The notes under the pieces: generated by a model
Seen by the model: only the letters and a program-made list of their open reading frames with translations
Told to the model about the DNA's origin: nothing
Databases searched by the model: none
Translations under genes and position numbers: made by a program
Part shown: one piece after another, positions 29,376 to 38,257 of the stretch
Layout: each line of letters starts with the position of its first letter
Position numbering within the stretch: position 1 is the first letter of the stretch
IMG/VR virus record: IMGVR_UViG_3300003543_000059
Location: 1-64,000 of that record
DNA: 64,000 nt
Reading direction: 5' to 3' (one strand)
Source: a virus

Positions 29376-29654
29376 ATGCAAACTGATGAAGAACGTGAAG
29401 AATCAATAAAAAACCACATTCAAGGTCTTATTAGCGATTTGAACTGTATGTCAATTGATGATGAACAGTTAGCGAAAGTTATATCGTCAACCATCAACAG
29501 CAATCACCGCACGTTGCAACAATCTTTCTTTCGTGTACTCAAAGGTGCCATTGAACATTATGGTAAATACGCATACACTGACCAACGCAATGAAGCATCA
29601 AGAGATTGGTGTAATGAAGCGTCAAAGGTAGAAATGAACATTCCATTCATTTAA
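29376..29654 (+). CDS. Early hypothetical protein
   Basis: HRTLQQ..DQRNEAS motif; follows early promoter. Confidence 0.7.
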   Translation: MQTDEEREESIKNHIQGLISDLNCMSIDDEQLAKVISSTINSNHRTLQQSFFRVLKGAIEHYGKYAYTDQRNEASRDWCNEASKVEMNIPFI

Positions 29655-29675
29655 GGTTAACAATAGGGGATTGAT

Positions 29676-30500
29676 ATGTCTAGTCAAAGAGAACCAAGAC
29701 GTAGATACGGTGATACAACAGGTTTAGGGCAACGTGAATTGTCTGAATTGCCTACAGTACCATTAACGGCTTTAGACGTTATAAAGGCTGCTGAAATAGT
29801 GTTAGCCAATGAACGCAAAAGAACACAGAACTTATATGGAAACCATTAATGCGATTTGAACTAACAGATGAACAATTTGACCAGTATATAATTTGGCAAC
29901 GTGCCCACAAATGCACAGTTAGAGATGTTGGTGCCATTGGCGGTAAGATTACATTTGAATTCACTCCTACTGGATTAGGTGTGATACAAATGGTTAAATG
30001 TGTCTGCGGAAAAACATTAAACTTAACTAACACGGATGATTGGTGATGAAGAAAGCGTTTTGTGATTATTGTAATACTGAAATCACCGAAACTAATAATG
30101 GAAATTCTACTATAAAACCAAGGAAACTTGACGAGTTGAATTTGGAAGTGTTAGTGTATCCTAAAGGTTCCCCCCTCGTGCGTGGTGATGTATGTAAACC
30201 ATGTTTGTTAAAACTTGTAACAGAATTTTGTAGGTGAAGATAATGGCTAAAAAATTAAAAGTGTGGGGTGGAATGACGTTTCGAATTAGTAAATCTTCCA
30301 GAACGATTGTTGCTGCTTACACGAAAAAACGAGCTATGGAGCTTCTTGGTTTAACGCCACACGCAATGAAAGAGTATTGGTCTATAACTGGTAACAAGGT
30401 TGAAATTGAGGTAGCTACTGGAACCCCAGAAACGGTTTTTTGTGCTGTCAGAGATGGTTATTCACTAACAGTTGAAGAATTTGTAGCGTTCGAGAAGTAG
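29676..30500 (+). CDS. Four small early ORFs (29676-29849, 29849-30046, 30040-30237, 30234-30500), two with Cys pairs
   Basis: Translationally coupled; CxC/CxxC motifs. Confidence 0.55.
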
Positions 30501-30560
30501 TTCACACAAATAAATTTGCAATCTGTTCACCGTTTGGTATAATAGTACCAACTTCAACGA
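30501..30560 (+). promoter_or_regulatory. Early promoter element copy 4
   Basis: TTCACACAAATAAATTTGCA, TATAAT 30538-30543. Confidence 0.85.
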
Positions 30561-30573
30561 AATGGTGAGCAAC

Positions 30574-30867
30574 ATGTTATCAAAAACCACAACAAATTAT
30601 GCCAATAAACGTGGCTTAGATGTTACAAACCATATCATCAATGAAGACGGTACATTCAAAAACGTGACAAACACTATTTGGGTATGGGAAGACGACAACG
30701 TTTCAGAGCCTTTATTCATATACACCTCTAATGACGATGGTTCATTCACATTGCACGGTAACATATATCTTGCTGATTCAATCAAAGAAGAACTCCCAGC
30801 TCACATTAAAGACGAAAAACATCTTAGAGAAGTATTGGCGTTTGTTGCGAAAGAATTAACTGCGTAA
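30574..30867 (+). CDS. Early hypothetical protein
   Basis: RBS GGTGAG after early promoter. Confidence 0.7.
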   Translation: MLSKTTTNYANKRGLDVTNHIINEDGTFKNVTNTIWVWEDDNVSEPLFIYTSNDDGSFTLHGNIYLADSIKEELPAHIKDEKHLREVLAFVAKELTA

Positions 30868-30913
30868 ATCCTACTGATTTGATAAATATTGATTAAACAT
30901 AAAGGGTATCATC

Positions 30914-31534
30914 ATGGATAAGCAAACAACATTTAAAGAGTTTTTAACTGAAAGTTCTTTAACAAGAGTATATCAACATTCTAAACAACATGCTATTGGC
31001 ACTATCACTGCGTTTAGATATGGTTATGAAGACGAAGATGGAGAAACCATACCATATACCAAACGGGAAAATAAACAGCGTAATAAATCTCTGTTAGCAA
31101 AACTATTAAGATATGGATACAGTATTACAGCAGTTAAAGGCACCTACATTGAAAATTACAATTCAGACGATGCTAGGGAAGTTGCTGAAGATGTATATTT
31201 AGTTGTAGATATAGGAGAACGTAACGATTTGAGAAAGAATTTGAAAAAACTTGGTGTTGAATTTGACCAAGATTCAATTTTGTTTGTTCCCAAAGGTGCT
31301 CAACGTGGTGAATTAATTGGTACCAACCATACGGGGTTCCCAGGTTTTGATAAGATAAATTATCTGAAAAATCCTATTTTTGGTAGAAATGGTGAATTCT
31401 ATACAAGAGTTAATGGTAGACCATTTATTCTAAAAGAATCAACATCATTTGTCGAGAAACCAGTGAAAGGTTGGGGTAGAAACTATTCGATTAAATTGAC
31501 CGCAGAAAAATCTTGGCAAGAAATCGAAGTTTGA
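30914..31534 (+). CDS. SAM lyase (T3 SAMase)-like protein with capsid-targeting-like leader
   Basis: ITAFR..NKQRNKSL..GTYIE..ED..EFDQDSIL parallels recalled T3 SAMase motifs SAFR/GCYRE/EE/EQDCVL; GATAAATA at 30881. Confidence 0.55.
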   Translation: MDKQTTFKEFLTESSLTRVYQHSKQHAIGTITAFRYGYEDEDGETIPYTKRENKQRNKSLLAKLLRYGYSITAVKGTYIENYNSDDAREVAEDVYLVVDIGERNDLRKNLKKLGVEFDQDSILFVPKGAQRGELIGTNHTGFPGFDKINYLKNPIFGRNGEFYTRVNGRPFILKESTSFVEKPVKGWGRNYSIKLTAEKSWQEIEV

Positions 31535-31541
31535 TAACTCT

Positions 31542-31600
31542 ATCACACAAATAAATTTGTAATTTGTTCCCCGTTTGGTATAATGGTACCAACTTCAACC
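31542..31600 (+). promoter_or_regulatory. Early promoter element copy 5
   Basis: TTTGTA 31556-31561, TATAAT 31579-31584. Confidence 0.8.
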
Positions 31601-31614
31601 AAACGGGGAACATC

Positions 31615-32762
31615 ATGAACACTATTCCAGCTTTACCTAACAAAGATAAATTGTTATCTTTGTTATCTGATGGTTATGTGGGGATTCCTAATTGGTCAGA
31701 TGAAGAACAGCAAGAAGTGTATGCAGCGTTAAAATCGTTGTCATTCCATTGCTACAGAACAGAAAAATTTTTGGAGATAAATATTGACTGAAGAAGCTGC
31801 ACTATATTCACCACAAGATGTTATTGACCTTAGAAACGAACTTGGCTGTTCGTTAATGGAGGCTAAACGGGTGTTTGATATAAAAATGTTGGTGATTGAG
31901 ATTACCCAAGCTAAAACACTTGAAGATTTAAAGCCTGTGTTATTGAAAATAGTTACTATGTTATGAAACTGTTTGTAGATGAATTAGAAGCTGCTGAAGT
32001 TGGCTATGCTGAATTAATACGTATAGGCAAAGAGCAGAATGCTGACCATTATGCACCTTTTGAATTTGAAGGTACCAATGGTGGTGCTGCTGTATTGTGG
32101 AAAGATGGATTGATAATAGCTTATTTTCTGATAGTAAGAAATGAAAATAACTATTCAATATTGATACAAAATGAAATAGAAGGTGGTTACGATGCCAAAG
32201 AAAACGATTAGTACCACGTTAACCGTGGACAAACAGAAGTTAAGAGATGAACAATTTCTAGATATTCACCATGAAGTGTCACTAGACGTTGATGCACCTG
32301 GTATTGACATTTGGACGTTCCCAGACGGTAGCCATGACGGTGAATTGATATGGGCGTATTTGCCTGAAATTGTTGATAACCTGTTAGAATATGAAGAATT
32401 CGAAGAGTTCATCATTGATGATTGGATTAGCGCATTCAAAGACGAAATCAAAAAGATGGAAGCTTACAAAGCCAAACTTCAAGATAAAACCAATGATTCC
32501 GAATAGACCAATGACCCTTCATGGTGTCCAGATATTCATAGCATCCCCTGTAACGGTTCCTAACTATCGTATTGATGATAAGGTTCAGTTGGGTGATGAA
32601 TATCGAAAATATATCAATGAGTGGCTTTATGACTTCTTTGGTGGTACCATCATTGAAGTCGTTGAAGATGATGTGACTTTTAAAGCTCCTGAAGGGTTGG
32701 TAATGAATCAGAAAACTTATAACAAACTTGAAGTACAACTGGACTACCTGAATCACATATAA
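31615..32762 (+). CDS. Five small early ORFs (31615-31791, 31784-31966, 31963-32211, ~32192-32506, ~32493-32762)
   Basis: Overlapping start/stop coupling after the early promoter. Confidence 0.55.
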
Positions 32763-32795
32763 TTACAATCCACTCATGCGTTTATAAATAAAGGC

Positions 32796-33221
32796 ATGAG
32801 TAAAGCTATAGACAACGCATTTGACATAGAACCATATGACCCAGAATCAACTGAATTGATTGATTATGCTGAGATGGCAAACTTGCCTTCTGTAAATGTA
32901 ATTCACCCCGATTATGATATAAAAGATTCTGAAATTGAAGACCAATTTCAAGAAGTTTATGATAAAGCTATGACTGCATTTGACACTCAGGTTGATGCTA
33001 CTGAAGATATTGAGGGTAAATATCTCGCTCGTAATTCTGAAGTTGCCAACCAACTACTAACAACAGCACTTCAAGCTGCCAAAGAAAAAGCCAGTCTTAA
33101 ACAACATTCCGACCATCTTAAAATCAAAAAAGACATTAAAGGCAATACTACCAACATTCAAAACAATGTCATGATGGACAGAAATGAACTGTTGAAGATG
33201 ATGAAAGGTGATATTGAGTAA
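32796..33221 (+). CDS. terS: Terminase small subunit (gp16-like)
   Basis: Helical core; TTNIQNNVMMDRNELLKM C-terminus; upstream of TerL; TATAAATA 32783-32790. Confidence 0.8.
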   Translation: MSKAIDNAFDIEPYDPESTELIDYAEMANLPSVNVIHPDYDIKDSEIEDQFQEVYDKAMTAFDTQVDATEDIEGKYLARNSEVANQLLTTALQAAKEKASLKQHSDHLKIKKDIKGNTTNIQNNVMMDRNELLKMMKGDIE

Positions 33222-33261
33222 TTATATATACTAATGTGTTCAATCAAATTAGGTATATATC

Positions 33262-33798
33262 ATGAACAAAGTTCCTTCCCCCGTAGATTTTTATAAACAA
33301 AATTTAACATGGTTTGACCACAAACTATACAATCTAGACGCATACGACCCTGAACAATCATTAAATAAAAAAATTCATTTTTTCGGTGATAGACGTGCTG
33401 GCAATACGTACACGCTATTGTTAACGGTTCTTCATAATTTATTAACCAATCCTAATAAGCAAATGGTTTTTATGCGTAGTTTCACTATACTTGTGACTGA
33501 TGATATGTTTAGAACTTTATATGAAATGTATAAAGAGCTAGAAGAAACTACCCCAAATTTTCAAATGTTTAACACCATAGTGGCTAGAACTAGATATTCT
33601 ATTACTTTTAGTAATGGTAGTTATCTTAAAAAAATGGGTAAAGATTTACCCATTGCTATGCGTGGGTTATATGGTTATGATTTTTGGTTTGTTGGTGATG
33701 AAACCAACATGTATAAACCTGAAGATTTTAGAATCATCGAAGAAGCTAAATGCAATCTTACATATAGGTACAATCTAAGAGAGCTATACGCCAACTGA
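33262..33798 (+). CDS. Degenerate TerL-ATPase-like protein
   Basis: DRRAGNT (Walker-A-like, no Lys), SITFSNGS, MRG, FVGDE. Confidence 0.6.
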   Translation: MNKVPSPVDFYKQNLTWFDHKLYNLDAYDPEQSLNKKIHFFGDRRAGNTYTLLLTVLHNLLTNPNKQMVFMRSFTILVTDDMFRTLYEMYKELEETTPNFQMFNTIVARTRYSITFSNGSYLKKMGKDLPIAMRGLYGYDFWFVGDETNMYKPEDFRIIEEAKCNLTYRYNLRELYAN

Positions 33799-33814
33799 AA
33801 ATAACATCATTTAC

Positions 33815-33853
33815 AAAATCCTTGTATAAATATCAGACAATTACAAGGATTTT
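33815..33853 (+). promoter_or_regulatory. Late promoter inside a hairpin that sequesters the terL RBS
   Basis: Perfect 12-bp arms AAAATCCTTGTA / TACAAGGATTTT; TATAAATA 33825-33832. Confidence 0.8.
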
Positions 33854-33856
33854 AAT

Positions 33857-34234
33857 GTGGCAAGTAACAATCTTAAACGTGCTAATGAGTTAGTCGCTTA
33901 TAAGCCTGAAGACCTCATAGAACTGAGAAAATGTTCTCAAGACCCAATATATTTTATAAAAAAATATTGTAAAATTGAACACCCTCTTCACGGTATTATA
34001 CCGTTTGACCTATATCCATATCAAGAAGATTTAATTAAATCATTTTTAGAAAATCGTTTTACTTTGGCTCTCTGCTCTCGCCAATTGGGGAAATGTTTTT
34101 TAAACACTACTTTTATAAATAGTATTAAGAAGCCAAACGGTTTCAAACGTTTAGTGCTTAAATTATTTTATAAGAGAGAATATGATGCGATATTTAGAAA
34201 ACCGAAGACTGAAAAGACCTCTGAACACTATTAA
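33857..34234 (+). CDS. terL: Terminase large subunit N-fragment fused to split-intein N part (34094-34231)
   Basis: DPIYF..FDLYPYQ..SRQLGK then CFLNTT intein block A. Confidence 0.85.
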   Translation: MASNNLKRANELVAYKPEDLIELRKCSQDPIYFIKKYCKIEHPLHGIIPFDLYPYQEDLIKSFLENRFTLALCSRQLGKCFLNTTFINSIKKPNGFKRLVLKLFYKREYDAIFRKPKTEKTSEHY

Positions 34235-35202
34235 AATTGAAAATTTAAAATATATCAACATACCCGAAGATTATATTTTATATCGTGATGGTTCTAAATT
34301 GAATTATATTATCAAAGATGATGATGTAGATAAGATTATAAAGGATGAACGCAAAGCTTATCAACGTAAACTGAAAACTTCAGAAGAATTTCTGTTAACT
34401 AAGGCTTTTATTAAGAATACTAACGGAAATATAATTTCTGATAAACAAAGAGTTGAAATTGAACGAGTTATGTATGCTATGTGGAAATATAATGAAATGT
34501 TGAGAATAGAAACTCTAGTATTATTGCTTAATAATGGAATAGAAACAAAATTGTTAGAACGTATTAGATTATTGGGTAATTTGAAGGCTACTGATTCAAG
34601 ATTTAACAAAATATTGTTATATGGGATAAAAAAAGGATTAGAAGAATTTAGAATTAACAAATCTGAAAGAGTGAAAGGTTCTAACAATCCAGCTTATCAA
34701 CATGGCGGGAAATTAAGTCCATATAGCAAAAAATTTATCAAATATGATAGTTCTGATGAAAGTGAAAATATCAGAAAATCTATGTTCGATAAAAATATAA
34801 AGAACAGGAATGATAATCAAAATAACACATGTAGATTAGATTATTACACATCAAGAGGTCGTTCGGAAGAAGATGCTGTGTTGGCTTTGAAGAAACGTCA
34901 AACTACATTTTCAAAACAAAAATGTATTGACAAATATGGTGATGTAAAAGGTTTTAACGTTTGGAAGAAACGTCAAAATAAATGGCAAGGCACATTAACA
35001 TCTAAATCTCAAGAAGAAATTGATATTATTAACAAAAAGAAAAGAAGCATTGGTGGTTGCTCTAAAATAGCTACTGAGTTATTTGGGTCTTTAGGGTATG
35101 GTTTTGCGAGATATGATGGTAATGGTGGCGAATAAGAATAAAATAATAACAGAATGTAAGGATTTTATAAATGAATGGGATAATGAACTTTTCGCATCTT
35201 AA
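34182..35202 (+). mobile_element. Homing-endonuclease gene between the terL halves, apparently lacking its nuclease domain
   Basis: GSNNPAY, RQTTFS..CIDKYG..RQNKW modules; ORF stops at 35135, with a KNKIITECKDFINE tail in another frame; TATAAATA 34114-34121 upstream. Confidence 0.6.
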
Positions 35203-38200
35203 AGAGAAAATATTAAAATGGTGTTTAAGTGAAGAAGCTGTTATTTATGGTGAACTATATAAACAATACCAAACTAACAAAGTAGAACGATACCAACAAA
35301 ATAAACTTAAATTTGTTGAAGAATCTGAACCGAATGATTTGTTTATTAAAACACCTTCAGGAATATCACCAATAAAACGATTATTGAAAACTGTTGAATA
35401 TGATGTATATCGTATTACTTTGGAAAACGAATTATTCTTAGAATGCGCTGATGAACATTTATTGATAGGCGAATATGGTGATGCTATATTCGCTAAAGAT
35501 AGCAAAGGAACTACATTAAGAACGATTAAAGGACCATCTGCTGTTGTAAGCGTAGAACCATTGAATCGTTCTGAATCTATGTACGATATAGAGATTGATG
35601 GTGATGACCATACATATCATACTAATGGAATATTATCACATAATACAACTTGCGCTGCTGCTTTCTTCTTGTGGTACGCAACATTTGAAGAACATAAGAC
35701 TGTTCTTATCGTATCAAACAAAGAATCAAACGCTACAGAATTCATTCATCGTCTTCAGGTTATGTATGAATACTTACCTAAATGGTTGAAGGCTGGTGTT
35801 GATGGTGAATGGAATAAAAAATCTGTTGGTTTTGATAATGGTTGTCGTGTTATATCAAGAGCGACTTCAGACTCATCAGCAAGGGGTTTATCATTATCTA
35901 TCGTATTTGCAGACGAACTTGCATTCGTTAGGGATAACATTCAAGATGAATTTTGGGCTGCTCTATCACCAACATTATCATGCGTTACGGGTGATACACT
36001 GGTATTGACCAAAAATGGCTATGAAAAAATAGAAGATTTTCATAAAGGTAAAGGTGTTGGTGATTATTTTGAAATAGATGGTGTAGAAGTGTACGGTAAA
36101 GAAGGTATTGAACCATTATCGCATGGTTATGTATCACCAGAAAGCGATACTTTAATTATAGAAACACAACGCGGTTTTATGATAGAGGTTACTCATAATC
36201 ATCCATTATACGCGTTAACAGAAAACCCTGAAATGGTTAAAGCTAAAAATTTAACTACAGCGAACTATTTAAGAATTGATTATGGGATGAATCATTTTGG
36301 AAAAAAATCTTTAGATAGTGACATCGCTTATATGTTAGGTGGATATATAGCCGAGGGGTGGTCATCACATTTTAAAAATGCTAAAGGTGAACGGGTTAAT
36401 TCTGCCATATATATAGCAAACCTTGACAGTGATTTTCGTGAAGTGTTTTATCGAAATGGTTTTAGTGACGACCTTAATCAATCACACAAAATTAGAAAAT
36501 TTGGTGTAGATGTGTGCAGGTTTTGGGAAAACGAATATGGTATAAATTTTACTCAAAAATGTTATGACAAAGAAATACCACATTATATCATGCAATCTAA
36601 TAGTAAGACTATTGGCATGTTTCTTAGGGGGTTATATGATGGTGATGGTAGTATTACTGTAAATCGAGGGATTAATCTTACATCTACTAGTAGAAAATTA
36701 ATTCAGCAAGTTCAAATTTTATTGATGAATTTTGGCATTTTAACTACGCTGGTTAAAAATGATGCTGAAAAAATAATGATACGTGAGCGTGAAAGCTGTA
36801 GACTTTTGCCACAAGGAAAACCTATTCAATCATTAAGAGATAGTTGGGGGTTGAACATATCACGTTCAAACGCTGGTTTATTCCAGCGGTGTGTAGGTTT
36901 TAATATAAAGTATAAAGGGGATAAATTAGAAGAATGTATTAAAAAATATCCTCAAGATGATTACAAACAGAAAGTCATCCCTTTTGACATTATAAAAAAT
37001 GTTATATCTAACATAGTAGAATCAAGCGGAAAAACAAAAAAATGGTTTAGAGATAAAGGGTGTCGTTTAGATAAACTTTTTAATAAATCCACAGAAAGAA
37101 CGTGTACACTTAGATGGTTGGAAGTTTTTTACAAAGCTGTTAGACATATGGATTGTGTAGCTCAATATCACAATATATTCAATGAATTGTTAGGATATGA
37201 TTGTATATGGGATAAAATAAAAACTATAACTCCATCAACTAATAAGACGTATGATTTCACGGTACCAAAAACCCACACTTTTTTACAAAACGGTATTTTA
37301 GGTAGCAATACGGGTGGTTCGTGTATCGTGGCATCAACACCTAATGGTGACATGAACTTATTCGCTCAATTAGCCAGAGCATCAGAAGCAAAAACTAACG
37401 AATTCGTATTTAAAAAATATATCTGGGAAGATGTACCAGAACGTGATGAAGCTTGGAAGAAGTCTGAAATCATGCGGATTGGTGAAGAGAAATTTTTACA
37501 AGAACATTTGTGCCACTTCTTATCTAGTGAAGCCATGCTTATTAGTAGCATGGTTCTATCCACTATTAAACCCAAACAACACGTTCGGGAACTTAAAGAA
37601 TTCAAATTGTGGGATTCTTTTTCTCCTGAAAAATCTTACATTGTTGGTGTTGACCCTAGCACCGGAATTGATAATGACTTTTCGGTTATCGAGGTCTTTG
37701 AATTTCCTACTATGATTCAAGTAGGGGAATTTCGTTCAAACACTTGCAACACTACACAATTATACCAAGCTTTAAAAGGTATTCTTATCATGATGGAACG
37801 TGTTGGGTGCCAGATATTTTACAGTTCGGAAAATAATGGCATCGGTGAAGGGTTGTTGGTGTGTATTGAAAATGATGAAAATGCACCGGAACATGCTGAG
37901 TTCGTAACGCAAGCGAATTCTAAACGTGAAGGTTTTGCTACGACCAACAAGAGCAAAATTAAAGCTTGTATTAAGTTGCGTGAAATGTTTGAATCTGGTA
38001 AGATTGAAATTAAATCGGAGCATTTGTTATTTGAGCTTAAAAATTTCATTAGAACCAAAGCATCATATGAGGCTCAGCCTGGTGCTACAGATGATTGTAT
38101 ATCCGCAGTGCTGATAGTTATTAGAATTTTAGAAGAAATAATATTGTATGATGATAGAGCTTATGCTATGATGGAAGAAAGTTTAGGAGAAGATTATTTC

Positions 38201-38257
38201 TCTAATGATGTATATGACGAGAATGGTGTTGATGCGGCAATGCCAATAGTTTTTTAA
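35171..38257 (+). CDS. terL: Terminase large subunit C-fragment: split-intein C part (35171-35644), ATPase/nuclease, internal intein
   Basis: CADEH..MYDI..NGILSHN/TT; FADELAF, ASTPNG, QEH, GVDPS, DDCI. Confidence 0.92.
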   Translation: MNGIMNFSHLKEKILKWCLSEEAVIYGELYKQYQTNKVERYQQNKLKFVEESEPNDLFIKTPSGISPIKRLLKTVEYDVYRITLENELFLECADEHLLIGEYGDAIFAKDSKGTTLRTIKGPSAVVSVEPLNRSESMYDIEIDGDDHTYHTNGILSHNTTCAAAFFLWYATFEEHKTVLIVSNKESNATEFIHRLQVMYEYLPKWLKAGVDGEWNKKSVGFDNGCRVISRATSDSSARGLSLSIVFADELAFVRDNIQDEFWAALSPTLSCVTGDTLVLTKNGYEKIEDFHKGKGVGDYFEIDGVEVYGKEGIEPLSHGYVSPESDTLIIETQRGFMIEVTHNHPLYALTENPEMVKAKNLTTANYLRIDYGMNHFGKKSLDSDIAYMLGGYIAEGWSSHFKNAKGERVNSAIYIANLDSDFREVFYRNGFSDDLNQSHKIRKFGVDVCRFWENEYGINFTQKCYDKEIPHYIMQSNSKTIGMFLRGLYDGDGSITVNRGINLTSTSRKLIQQVQILLMNFGILTTLVKNDAEKIMIRERESCRLLPQGKPIQSLRDSWGLNISRSNAGLFQRCVGFNIKYKGDKLEECIKKYPQDDYKQKVIPFDIIKNVISNIVESSGKTKKWFRDKGCRLDKLFNKSTERTCTLRWLEVFYKAVRHMDCVAQYHNIFNELLGYDCIWDKIKTITPSTNKTYDFTVPKTHTFLQNGILGSNTGGSCIVASTPNGDMNLFAQLARASEAKTNEFVFKKYIWEDVPERDEAWKKSEIMRIGEEKFLQEHLCHFLSSEAMLISSMVLSTIKPKQHVRELKEFKLWDSFSPEKSYIVGVDPSTGIDNDFSVIEVFEFPTMIQVGEFRSNTCNTTQLYQALKGILIMMERVGCQIFYSSENNGIGEGLLVCIENDENAPEHAEFVTQANSKREGFATTNKSKIKACIKLREMFESGKIEIKSEHLLFELKNFIRTKASYEAQPGATDDCISAVLIVIRILEEIILYDDRAYAMMEESLGEDYFSNDVYDENGVDAAMPIVF
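35981..37309 (+). mobile_element. Contiguous intein with LAGLIDADG endonuclease (443 aa)
   Basis: CVTGDT..THNH..LGGYIAEG..LRGLYDGDG..TYDFTV..NGILGSN/T; excision restores SPTLS-TGGS. Confidence 0.92.

Noticed and set aside
34094-35171. Group I intron explaining the terL break
   Set aside because: ORFs overlap or abut with too little non-coding sequence for a ribozyme core; not formally excluded without RT-PCR
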